Below the pieces are notes generated by a model. The model was not told the origin of the DNA and did no database searches. It saw only the letters and a program-made list of their open reading frames with translations. A DNA stretch of 64,000 nucleotides, taken from NCBI GenBank assembly GCA_022709735.1, contig JAKLIG010000001.1, positions 256,586-320,585 on the forward strand, read 5' to 3'. This document shows, piece after piece, positions 18,145 through 27,059 of the stretch. A program made the translations under genes and the position numbers. Within the stretch, counting starts at the first letter, position 1; each line of letters starts with the position of its first letter. The stretch is from Patescibacteria group bacterium. Its GTDB lineage: Bacteria > Patescibacteriota > Minisyncoccia > Moranbacterales > UBA2206.

Positions 18145-19158
18145 TTATCTATTTTTGTAATTATTTTTATAATAATTCTGGTATTCGCCAGATTTTATTT
18201 TTTTCCACCAATCTTCATTTTCTTTGTACCATTCAATGGTTTTCTTAATTCCATCTTCAAAATTGGTTTTGGGTATCCAGCCGAGTTCTCGTTGAATTTT
18301 TGTTGAATCAATGGCATAGCGCCGGTCATGTCCTTTTCGATCTTCCACAAATTCAATCATCTCTTCTCCCCTGCTCATTATTTCCAAAATTTTATAAGTA
18401 ATTTCTTTGTTGGTTTTTTCCGAGTTTCCTCCGATGCAATATGTTTCGCCGATTTTTCCTTTTTTCAAAATCAGGTCAATTGCTGATGAGTGATCTTCAA
18501 CATAAAGCCAATCGCGGACATTCATTCCATCGCCATAAAGTGGAATTTTTTTATCTTCAATTAAATTAGTTATAAAAAGCGGGATTAATTTTTCTGGAAA
18601 TTGATACGGACCGAAATTATTCGAACAATTGGAAATGGTAATTGGCAAATTAAAAGTGTGGAAATATGCCCTAACCAGATGGTCAGAAGACGCTTTAGAA
18701 GCGCTGTACGGGCTCCTAGGGTCATAGGGCGTGGTTTCATTAAATAACGCGTCATTTGGCCCTAACGAGCCAAAAACTTCATCTGTAGAAATGTGATGAA
18801 AGCGAATGTTTCCGTTTTGGCGAGCGCTTTCAAGCAAATTGAATGTTCCGAGAATATTCGTTCGGACAAATTCTTCCGGGCCGAGAATTGATCGATCAAC
18901 ATGCGACTCGGCTGCAAAATGAACAATTGCATCCGGCTTTTCTTCCGAAATAATTTTGTTTACTTCAACTTTGTCGGCGATATCAGCTTTTGTAAATTTA
19001 TAATTTTGATTGTCTTGAATATCCTTAAGATTTTCTAAATTTCCAGCATAAGTCAAAAGATCCAGATTGACAATTTTGTCCTCCGGATATTTTTTGAGCC
19101 AATAGTGAATGAAATTTGAACCAATAAACCCCGCACCACCTGTGATTAATAGTTTCAT
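18145..19158 (-). CDS. rfbB: dTDP-glucose 4,6-dehydratase
   Basis: TGGAGFIGSNF Rossmann motif, YSASKASSDHLVRAY (the YxxxK catalytic pair) and RfbB length. Confidence 0.9.
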   Translation of the reverse strand: MKLLITGGAGFIGSNFIHYWLKKYPEDKIVNLDLLTYAGNLENLKDIQDNQNYKFTKADIADKVEVNKIISEEKPDAIVHFAAESHVDRSILGPEEFVRTNILGTFNLLESARQNGNIRFHHISTDEVFGSLGPNDALFNETTPYDPRSPYSASKASSDHLVRAYFHTFNLPITISNCSNNFGPYQFPEKLIPLFITNLIEDKKIPLYGDGMNVRDWLYVEDHSSAIDLILKKGKIGETYCIGGNSEKTNKEITYKILEIMSRGEEMIEFVEDRKGHDRRYAIDSTKIQRELGWIPKTNFEDGIKKTIEWYKENEDWWKKIKSGEYQNYYKNNYKNR

Positions 19159-19178
19159 ATGGTTGGTAAATTATTTTT

Positions 19179-19583
19179 TTATATAATTTCAGCTAAAATT
19201 CTATCAGGATTTTTCGGATTATATTTTTGGTTAGTAAATGCACAAACATAAATATCATGGCTGTCGATATTTTTTATTGCATGCGGACACCTCGGTTCAA
19301 CTTCAAATAAGAAATGATCCTTTAAATTTAAGGTTTGTTTTTTATTTTTTCCTCCTTCTTTCCAAGAAAAAATTCCCTTACCTCCAAAAATAAAAACCCA
19401 TTCTTTTTGTTTTCTATGCAGGTGGTTTCCTCTTATTTTTCCAGGGCTGATAGAGCCTGTATGAATATTTTTTATTTTGTATCCTTTCTTTGTAGCAAAC
19501 TCTGCAATTGAAACAATCCAGCCTCTTTCGTCGCTACGGTTTATATTTAATTTGTCTAAATTATAAATTTTGACAGTTGGCAT
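19179..19583 (-). CDS. cupin-fold protein, possibly a FdtA/WxcM-like dTDP-sugar isomerase
   Basis: 134 aa small cupin (HLHRKQKEWVFIFGGKG...) located inside the dTDP-sugar locus. The family assignment is tentative. Confidence 0.35.
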   Translation of the reverse strand: MPTVKIYNLDKLNINRSDERGWIVSIAEFATKKGYKIKNIHTGSISPGKIRGNHLHRKQKEWVFIFGGKGIFSWKEGGKNKKQTLNLKDHFLFEVEPRCPHAIKNIDSHDIYVCAFTNQKYNPKNPDRILAEII

Positions 19584-19584
19584 A

Positions 19585-20040
19585 TTATCCCATTTTTATT
19601 TCCCAATTATATGGAATTTTCGGATCATCAAATGGCAGACGATATTCATCTGGTTCTTTATAATTATAAGCTTCAGTTGGAGCGCTTATGGCAATTGCTT
19701 CGCATTCGCCAATATTTTTCCAGCCATGATAAACGCCAGCAGGAATAGTAATTAGCATAGGATTATGTTCTCCGATAAAAAACTCATTTAATTCACCCTT
19801 AGTTGAAGAATTTTCTCGGTCATCAAATAGAACAATTTTTAGCATTCCGTGCACGCAAGTAACATTATCGGTTTGAATTTTGTGATAATGCCAAGCTTTT
19901 ACAACTCCAGGATAATTTGTAGTCATATAGACTTGGCCAAATTTTTCAAAACATTCATCGTCGTTTCTTAATATTTCCATAAGGCGTCCCCGCTCATCAG
20001 GGATAACTTTTAGCTTCTTGATTTTTGCTCCTTCAATCAT
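19585..20040 (-). CDS. dTDP-4-dehydrorhamnose 3,5-epimerase family protein (RfbC-like cupin)
   Basis: ...ITIPAGVYHGWKNIGECEAIAISAPTEAYNYKEPDEYRLPFDDPKI matches the RfbC C-terminal pattern (IP.GFAHGF...Y...E.G...ND). Confidence 0.65.
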   Translation of the reverse strand: MIEGAKIKKLKVIPDERGRLMEILRNDDECFEKFGQVYMTTNYPGVVKAWHYHKIQTDNVTCVHGMLKIVLFDDRENSSTKGELNEFFIGEHNPMLITIPAGVYHGWKNIGECEAIAISAPTEAYNYKEPDEYRLPFDDPKIPYNWEIKMG

Positions 20041-20161
20041 ATTTTTTTCTTAATTTTTAACATTTTAAATGACTTCTATATTTTACCACACTCTAAAATT
20101 AAATAAAGCCCACTCAAGAAAGCGGACTCTATTTATAAAAAACTTTAATATTTTAATCATT

Positions 20162-21076
20162 TTATATCTTCCCTGCTAGCAATTTATTCAGCCTTTCCTT
20201 GGCTTCTTCTGAAGAGATACGCTTATTTGATAATTTTTCTATTCTTTCCTTGACCTCTTCTTTTGTAGCTTCGTGAGTAAGCACGACACTTTCTGTTTCA
20301 ATTATCTCATCTACCTTGGAGATTGGAAAAATTTCATTTTCCGCAATTGGTAAATTATCCGGCGCAGCGGCTTTTTTGCCAAAAGACATCTTGGGTGTTT
20401 TGGAAATTTGCCAGGGTTTTTCTTCCGGCATAATTTCCGGTGCTTTCTCTTTCTTATATGTCCATGATAAAGCTGTTTCCGCTTGTTTTTTAGGTTTATT
20501 TTTTCCTGACAAAATTACAAAGTAGCTCAAAAGAAAAGCTAAAACAAATCCCAAAATCAAACTTTCAATAAATGAATAGAGATAAGAACCGGAAAAGGAA
20601 AGTTTTGTTATAGGCTTGTCAATTATTCGGATATCAATGTCATTTTGAATATCATAAAAAGTGCCGGCAACACCAATAAGGCTTTTGACTGTTTGCGCAT
20701 TCAGCGTTTCGGCCGCATATTGATTTTCGCCCAGAGCGGTAATTTTAAAACTGGAACTCTCCCTTATCTTTTCAATGTTAACTTCCTCATTCCAATATTT
20801 TTTCTTTTTATAATCCGGTAGCTCCATTATTTTTGCATTTCCGAGATTTGGATTATCCAAGAGCATTCGGTTATAAAAAGAGAGAGATTTTACAATCACT
20901 TCTAAATTTCCCAGAATTTGATCGGAATTCTGAGAAGCTTTTTCGCTTTTAAAAATAATCATTATCTCTTCTTGGGATTTATAACTTCTATTTGAATTTA
21001 CAAGCGCCAAAAAAATAAGGGCGATTGTAAAAATCAAAAGGATATAGAATTTTTTGAGTTTAAATATTTCTTTCAT
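20162..21076 (-). CDS. polysaccharide chain-length-determinant-like (Wzz/PCP-topology) membrane protein
   Basis: TM1 at the N-terminus, an extracytoplasmic loop of about 135 aa, a second TM (ILGFVLAFLLSYFVILSG) and a charged cytoplasmic tail. Confidence 0.4.
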   Translation of the reverse strand: MKEIFKLKKFYILLIFTIALIFLALVNSNRSYKSQEEIMIIFKSEKASQNSDQILGNLEVIVKSLSFYNRMLLDNPNLGNAKIMELPDYKKKKYWNEEVNIEKIRESSSFKITALGENQYAAETLNAQTVKSLIGVAGTFYDIQNDIDIRIIDKPITKLSFSGSYLYSFIESLILGFVLAFLLSYFVILSGKNKPKKQAETALSWTYKKEKAPEIMPEEKPWQISKTPKMSFGKKAAAPDNLPIAENEIFPISKVDEIIETESVVLTHEATKEEVKERIEKLSNKRISSEEAKERLNKLLAGKI

Positions 21077-21959
21077 ATGATTTGTTTAAAACTTTTCCTT
21101 TTTGCAAAATGGCATCTTCATAAGCTGTTTCAATTTGATTGGTTATTTTTTCCCAGCTGAATTCCATCTTGGCTTTGAACATTGCCTTTTCTCCTATCTT
21201 CTTGGCAATCACCGGATTATTTATTAAAAATACCAATTTTTCTTCCAAGTCATGCGCATTGTCCAAGCGAAAAATCAAACCGGCTTCATCTCTAAGCGCT
21301 TCAATATTTTTTTTAGTACCCCTAGAAAGCACCGCTTTACCATATCCCATCGCTTCTAAAAGTGCGAAAGGAGTTTTTTCTGACTCCGATGATTCAACAA
21401 AACAATAAGCATGCGAAAAAAGTTGGCGGCTAATTTCATCGGTTTGATCTGCCACAAAAATAATATTTTCCCGACCTCTGGCGCAATCTTTGAGTTCTTT
21501 GAAATACTCATCTTTAGATGAACCGTTGCCAATGATGATTAATTTTTTTTCACGCGACAAATGTTTGTCTTCAAGATTCTTGAAAGCCAAAATCAGATTA
21601 TGAATGCCGGATTTCTTGTTTAGCCGGCCGGAAGACAAAATATAACTGCCTTTTTGCAAATTGAATTTTTTCAAATATTCAGAATTTTCATCATAGGAGA
21701 CATCTACTCCTTGCGGAATTTTTATTCTAATGCAAGCTGTTTTTCTTTTGAAAATTGAAATGAAAAAAATAAATGTTTTGGAAAAGGAAAATGGAAAATG
21801 AATCACATCAAAATTTTGAAATAATGCGCGCAGTAGCGGTGGAAACAGAAAAACTTCATGTCCTTTCTTGGTAAGTCTAATGGCAACTTCTTCCATATGT
21901 TTTTCTACTCCATTGGATTTTGCGGGTATTCCTTTTTGGCCTAAAAATGCGATTTTCAT
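21060..21959 (-). CDS. GT4-family glycosyltransferase with an unusually short N-terminal domain
   Basis: The C-terminal domain has E...KTPFALLEAMGYGKAVL (an EX7E-like motif). The N-terminal domain is compressed and may be degenerate. Confidence 0.6.
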   Translation of the reverse strand: MKIAFLGQKGIPAKSNGVEKHMEEVAIRLTKKGHEVFLFPPLLRALFQNFDVIHFPFSFSKTFIFFISIFKRKTACIRIKIPQGVDVSYDENSEYLKKFNLQKGSYILSSGRLNKKSGIHNLILAFKNLEDKHLSREKKLIIIGNGSSKDEYFKELKDCARGRENIIFVADQTDEISRQLFSHAYCFVESSESEKTPFALLEAMGYGKAVLSRGTKKNIEALRDEAGLIFRLDNAHDLEEKLVFLINNPVIAKKIGEKAMFKAKMEFSWEKITNQIETAYEDAILQKGKVLNKSYERNI

Positions 21960-22053
21960 AGCTAAAACTTCAATATTTTTTAACTTAAAATGATAGCATT
22001 TATAGTAAAAAAAGTCAATAGCTATATTTTGCCTGATTTAAGCCAAATAAAAA

Positions 22054-22086
22054 GGGGCAGAGTAGTGTTAAACACTTCTCTGCCCC
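22054..22086 (-). terminator. intrinsic terminator downstream of the deacetylase gene
   Basis: ggggcagag...ctctgcccc stem flanked by A/T runs, immediately 3' of 22103-22894(-). Confidence 0.5.
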
Positions 22087-22102
22087 TTTGCTTTTGCCCG
22101 TT

Positions 22103-22894
22103 TTAGGGCAGCTTTTTATAGTATTGGAGTTGCCGGACTCCCATGCTAATCGTTTCGATGTCAATTTTCCCGGCCGCCCGCAAATTAAATAAATATGCAA
22201 GCGTTTTTTCAAATTCGATTGAATTTAATTGATACGCTCCTGGCGTTCCTGAAACAATATCATGCAAAACAATGCTTAGAGCAACTTTGTTAAGAACAGC
22301 TTCATCTATGTATTGCTTCATCTGCACAAAATTGCTCGTCTTGGTAAATGCTCGGAAACTAAGAGACTCAATCCACCAGGGGTCAAAATTTGCCACATAA
22401 TTGAATTGGTCGTTCTCATCCCAAGCTCCTCGGCCGCAAATCAACTCTTTGATACTTTTCAAGGCCTGAACAGCAGCATCGGTCGCAATGCCGAATGGAT
22501 AAGCAAAGCTGGTAACAACGAATCCATACTGTTTTAGCTTAGCTTGGGCATCGCTTATGTATTTGGAGATTTGGACCACAGTTTTTCCTGTAAAATCCTG
22601 ATGGTCGGCGTGGTTTCCAATTTCCACGCCATTAAAATACATCTCTTTAGTTTGCGCTAAAGTTATATGCTTTCCGTCATTAATATAACTCGGTGGAATA
22701 AAAGCCGTGAACGGAATCCCATACTTTTTAACAGCCAAAGGATAAACGACCTTATAAACAGATGGGAGGCCATCGTCCACAGAAAGCATGACGATCGCTC
22801 TTTTCAATCCGGCCGCTTGTGCATGTGGCGGGATCGGGATTACGAAAAAAAACATAACTGCCATAATTGCCAATACTGTAAAAAATCTTTTCAT
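22103..22894 (-). CDS. secreted polysaccharide deacetylase (NodB homology domain)
   Basis: Signal peptide ...PPHAQAAG, NodB motifs AIVMLSVDDG and H..H, and the C-terminal LHD segment. Confidence 0.8.
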   Translation of the reverse strand: MKRFFTVLAIMAVMFFFVIPIPPHAQAAGLKRAIVMLSVDDGLPSVYKVVYPLAVKKYGIPFTAFIPPSYINDGKHITLAQTKEMYFNGVEIGNHADHQDFTGKTVVQISKYISDAQAKLKQYGFVVTSFAYPFGIATDAAVQALKSIKELICGRGAWDENDQFNYVANFDPWWIESLSFRAFTKTSNFVQMKQYIDEAVLNKVALSIVLHDIVSGTPGAYQLNSIEFEKTLAYLFNLRAAGKIDIETISMGVRQLQYYKKLP

Positions 22895-23046
22895 AATTAC
22901 CTCCTCAAGAAATTGAATAAAAGTTATACTACCTTATTTTGCATATCTAAGCTCACCATGAGCTATTTTTTAATGTTCTATTGTCCTCCTAAACACAACG
23001 AAAAAAAATAAATAAAAATTTCTCGTTTTGTTTAAAATAACAAAAA

Positions 23047-23922
23047 TTATTGCTCGATAATTTTATAATCTCTAAACTTCACATCCATAAAATCCGTTCG
23101 AATTCCGACATAACCTTCTTTCAAAAAGGGCGCTTTTCCATATTTATCTCCCTTATCTTTAGCTTCCAGAACTAGCTCCCACTCTCCTTTTCCGCTCCTA
23201 TCCACATATAGCTTTATATTCACCGCATTTCCAATGCCATTTTCCACTTCGCTTTTTATTCCAACCCAGCTATTAAGCGGTAAAAAATTGGGACTTTTTA
23301 CTCTATCATACTTTTGATTATTTGTAAAGAGGCGTCCTTCCTTAAGGGTATAATATTTATCTTTGATTTTTTTCTTAATTACTGCATCTCCATCTACTCG
23401 CACTCCGGTATAATAAAGATTATCCCCATCTTGGTAGCGATTAAAAAGTAAAACGCCATTTGATTCATTTCGGTATTCACTTTCACTTAAATTAATTTTT
23501 TCAATGTTAAAATAAACCTCTTGAGAAAAATTCTGCCATTGGCTTTTTGAAACTAAACGAAAAATATTTTGCGGATAATAACCTTGATCAGTATCGCGGG
23601 AATTATTTTTGTTATAGAGCTTTCTCCATTTAGAATTTTCTGGAAGTTTTCCAAGATTTGTGCTAAAATCATTTGCGCTGATATTCATAATTCCGCCAGA
23701 ATTCAACCACCAATCCGGGTTTTTACTATCCTTCATTGTTTTTCCTGATTCTTCGAGCATCATTCCGCCATTCACGCTGGAATTAGGAAAATAAAATTCA
23801 GTTCTTCGGAAAAAATTATAATTTTTATTGTAATATATAGCAACAATAAAAAAAATGATAAAAAAAGCAATAATTACCAACCGATATTTTTTATAAATAT
23901 TTTTTTCTTCTAACGTTTCCAT
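23047..23922 (-). CDS. membrane-anchored protein with a concanavalin/DUF1080-like carbohydrate-binding domain
   Basis: N-terminal TM helix. The C-terminal about 150 aa is paralogous to the C-terminus of 23940-25625 (..GYVGIRTDFMDVKFRDYKI vs ..GGVGFKVWDTLEKGSALIIRNFKAE). Confidence 0.4.
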   Translation of the reverse strand: METLEEKNIYKKYRLVIIAFFIIFFIVAIYYNKNYNFFRRTEFYFPNSSVNGGMMLEESGKTMKDSKNPDWWLNSGGIMNISANDFSTNLGKLPENSKWRKLYNKNNSRDTDQGYYPQNIFRLVSKSQWQNFSQEVYFNIEKINLSESEYRNESNGVLLFNRYQDGDNLYYTGVRVDGDAVIKKKIKDKYYTLKEGRLFTNNQKYDRVKSPNFLPLNSWVGIKSEVENGIGNAVNIKLYVDRSGKGEWELVLEAKDKGDKYGKAPFLKEGYVGIRTDFMDVKFRDYKIIEQ

Positions 23923-23939
23923 TTTTATTAAGAAAATTA

Positions 23940-25625
23940 TTAAGTTGTACCGTCAATAGAAGAAATCTTTTCAGCTTTAAAATTTCTAATAATCAAAGCG
24001 CTTCCTTTCTCTAAAGTATCCCAAACTTTAAAACCAACTCCTCCATGCGAGAGACTGGAATCAATTGTTCCGTTTACAATTGCTTTTCCATCCAAAAAGC
24101 AACTTGCTTCATCGCCATTTACTAATATTCCTATTTCAGCTTCCCGCCCGCTAGATAAGGAGGTTTCCGTTGAATTTCTTATGTCCAATATTTCTTTGGA
24201 ATTTATATTTTGGACTAGTGAAATATAATGATCTGAAAATACGCAGGAAACATTATTGTTTTGGTCATGATATCTGGCAGTGAGAGCCAAAGAATCAGTT
24301 TTTTCAACTCTGATATTAGCTTTGACAGAATAATTATCCCACAAATACGAACCGCCTAAAAAAGCGATGCTACTACCTTCCAATTCAGAATCTTTTAATC
24401 TTAACGATCCATTGTTTATTTCGATAAATCCCCGGCCAGCCATCCAGCCGTTATTTTTTAAAAAATAGTCTTGATAATTAAGTAATTTCTCTTGATTATA
24501 TTCAAAAAGATTAACTATATCTTGCGCGCTAATTTGTGAACTAATCGCAATTCTTTTGGCAAGAAAAGAACTTTCTGGATAATTTGTAGGAAAATCACTG
24601 CTGGATGCTTGGCAAAAAGACAATGGATAAACTTTTCTAGCTTCATCAACTATAAGGCCTTTACTTTCTGGAAAATTTTCAGTTGTCATGCCAAAATCAC
24701 CAAAAGGATAAGCAAAAGAAAGAACACTGGTGTTTAATTTTCTTTCAATATCTTTTTTTGATTCCAAGAGGTCCAAAGCAATTCTAGCTTTATGCTCTTC
24801 TTCCGTTTCAATTTTTTCAAGAGATGTAAGCCACATCTGATTGCTCAAAAAATGCCCCTTATCCCCATTGGCGTTAATTTGAATTGAATCGTGGTCGTTT
24901 TTTCCGTGGGATTCAATTCTCCAGTGTCCGCTGGCAATCATTTTCTGAAGCTCCTCTTCGGAGAGATGAAAAACCTCTTGACTACTGTTTGGACCAAGTG
25001 AACGATTGGTTATGACAAACATTACGGCATTATAATCCAGTACTCGCAAAATTGGATCAACTGTATAAAAGCTATCCTTTCTTCCATCGTCGAAAGTTAA
25101 GATAAATGATTTTTCTGGCAATATTTTTTCACCCTTCGTAAATAATACATAATCAGAGAGTGTTATTGTTTGATAACCATTTTTTTTAAGTGCAAACATC
25201 TGCTCTCTAAAATCATTAAGGCTTATATTTACATCGTCAGCATGCCAATTGGTGTTATCAATCACGCCATGATAAAGCAAAACGGGGATAGCAGTAGCTG
25301 TTTTTGATTGTTCTAATTTAATAGGTTCTGGATTTTTAAAAGATTTCAACCAATTACTAATTCCACCATGCTCATATTTGGCAAATAAGAATTCCTCTTT
25401 GAGATAATCATATTGCATAGCGAAATATGGAGTTCGCCAATAATAATTATTTTTTAAAATATTTATCCCGCTTAGCATATCTAAAACAACCGCTGCTATC
25501 AGAATAATTAAAATTATTTTTATCATTTTTAGATTTAAATCATGCATAGTTGTAATTTTATCTTGTTCCCCATCCTCTATCTTGAATTTTAACAGCTGCC
25601 CAAAAAAATATAAAGGGGAAAACAA
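23940..25625 (-). CDS. membrane-anchored polysaccharide deacetylase (PgaB-like NodB domain) with a C-terminal lectin-like domain
   Basis: NodB motifs (TFDDGRKDSF, HG.NDHD) and an N-terminal TM helix. The C-terminal beta-sandwich is paralogous to 23047-23922. Confidence 0.7.
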   Translation of the reverse strand: MFSPLYFFGQLLKFKIEDGEQDKITTMHDLNLKMIKIILIILIAAVVLDMLSGINILKNNYYWRTPYFAMQYDYLKEEFLFAKYEHGGISNWLKSFKNPEPIKLEQSKTATAIPVLLYHGVIDNTNWHADDVNISLNDFREQMFALKKNGYQTITLSDYVLFTKGEKILPEKSFILTFDDGRKDSFYTVDPILRVLDYNAVMFVITNRSLGPNSSQEVFHLSEEELQKMIASGHWRIESHGKNDHDSIQINANGDKGHFLSNQMWLTSLEKIETEEEHKARIALDLLESKKDIERKLNTSVLSFAYPFGDFGMTTENFPESKGLIVDEARKVYPLSFCQASSSDFPTNYPESSFLAKRIAISSQISAQDIVNLFEYNQEKLLNYQDYFLKNNGWMAGRGFIEINNGSLRLKDSELEGSSIAFLGGSYLWDNYSVKANIRVEKTDSLALTARYHDQNNNVSCVFSDHYISLVQNINSKEILDIRNSTETSLSSGREAEIGILVNGDEASCFLDGKAIVNGTIDSSLSHGGVGFKVWDTLEKGSALIIRNFKAEKISSIDGTT

Positions 25626-26973
25626 ATAAAGTTAAAAGCGACCAAAGAAAAAGATACGGCCAAAATTTATTTTTTTTATCCACATAGCGATAAAATACAG
25701 CTATTAGAGCTGTCACTAAAATTACTCCAATGATGTAACAAAGAGGCAAAGATCCTTTTAGAAATGGAGCATAGATAAGTGCGTAAATAGTTATAAAGGG
25801 CGCCAAAAAAGAAATAAAAACTAATGGGAAATAATAAAAGAAAGCAACGAAGGGCTGTTTTTTCCAAATAAAACGACTAGTGAGTATAGCATTTATTATC
25901 CAGGATTTTTTCCAGCGAAGCTGTTGAGTAAATAGTTGTTTCCAACTGCTTGGCACTACAGTATAAGCGATCGCCTCGCTATTATAGATAGTTCTCTTTC
26001 CGCTTTTTAAAAGCCAGCTAGTAAGCGCTCGGTCATCTCCCCATGTTGCTGGTTTTCCTAAAAAATGTTCAGAAAGCCAATCGTAAATTATCGGCATAAC
26101 ATCACTTCTCCGATAGGCACTGCAACAACCGGAAAGACAAAAAACAGTTTCAAAAGTTGATTCAGCTGCTTTCAAGATGCGAAATGACATAAAATAGTAA
26201 GCTGATTGCATTCTGGTTATAATATTTTGATTGGCATTTTTTGGTTCTCCATGAGCGCAAACTGCGGATATTTTTTTATTTCTAAAAGGAGCGATTAAAT
26301 TCCGGAAGCTTTTCGGATCAACACAGCTATCGCTATCTAGCTGAACAATAATTTCTGCGGCAGAAATTTTGAAACCAGCCGCCATCGCCCATCTTTTTCC
26401 TTGATTTTCCCAATCGACAATCTTAAGACTAGGATAATTTTTTTTGAGTTCTTTAAGAACAAGTAATGTTTTGTCGGTACTTCCGTCATTTATTACAATA
26501 ACTTCTATTTTTTCTTTTGGATAATCAACCTGATAACATCGCATGACTGCATCACTTATATTCATTTCTTCATTTTTACATGGTATAACAAAAGCTACCG
26601 TTGGTTCATAATCTTCCGGATGCATCTGGCCAAGATTAGCTGATTCGCTTAAAATATTTTCAAAAGAAACTCTATACAGCATAGCGGAAATAATTCGAGA
26701 TATCGCAAAGGCTGTCACAAAAATCGCATAGGAAAAAAATAGTGGGTTGGCAGAAAAATTGGAAGTAGTTTTTGATTTTAAGAGAACCACGAAAAACACT
26801 AAAATCGCTCCAGTAAAAACTAGGCTAGTTTTATAAAAAAATTCTTTCCAGGCGAATCTTTCGTGATAATCTGCAACTGGCCAAATAATCACTCCTTCTT
26901 TTAATTGATCTCTATTTTCACTCATTTCTTTTAAATTTATCTTAGGCTTTATTAAAACATTGTAAATTAGCAT
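25558..26973 (-). CDS. processive family-2 glycosyltransferase (PgaC/IcaA/cellulose-synthase-like polysaccharide synthase)
   Basis: DxD (INDGSTD, QLDSDS) and QxxRW (QQLRWKKSW) motifs in a GT2 domain flanked by N- and C-terminal TM bundles. Confidence 0.85.
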   Translation of the reverse strand: MLIYNVLIKPKINLKEMSENRDQLKEGVIIWPVADYHERFAWKEFFYKTSLVFTGAILVFFVVLLKSKTTSNFSANPLFFSYAIFVTAFAISRIISAMLYRVSFENILSESANLGQMHPEDYEPTVAFVIPCKNEEMNISDAVMRCYQVDYPKEKIEVIVINDGSTDKTLLVLKELKKNYPSLKIVDWENQGKRWAMAAGFKISAAEIIVQLDSDSCVDPKSFRNLIAPFRNKKISAVCAHGEPKNANQNIITRMQSAYYFMSFRILKAAESTFETVFCLSGCCSAYRRSDVMPIIYDWLSEHFLGKPATWGDDRALTSWLLKSGKRTIYNSEAIAYTVVPSSWKQLFTQQLRWKKSWIINAILTSRFIWKKQPFVAFFYYFPLVFISFLAPFITIYALIYAPFLKGSLPLCYIIGVILVTALIAVFYRYVDKKNKFWPYLFLWSLLTLFVFPFIFFWAAVKIQDRGWGTR

Positions 26974-26985
26974 AAAATATTATCC

Positions 26986-27026
26986 TTGTCAAGTGTTGTA
27001 AAATACATTATAATTATGTTATAATT
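26986..27026 (+). promoter_or_regulatory. near-consensus sigma70-type promoter for the ABC transporter operon
   Basis: TTGTCA (26986-26991), a 17-nt spacer, then TATAAT (27009-27014). A second extended -10, tgttataat, lies at 27018-27026. The element is about 35-75 nt upstream of the start at 27060. Confidence 0.5.
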
Positions 27027-27059
27027 TAGTCATCAACAAATCTTAAAACAAAATAAAAA

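Noticed and set aside
22015-22212. 65-aa minus-strand ORF at the deacetylase 3' end
   Set aside because: Overlaps the terminator hairpin and the end of the better-supported NodB gene.
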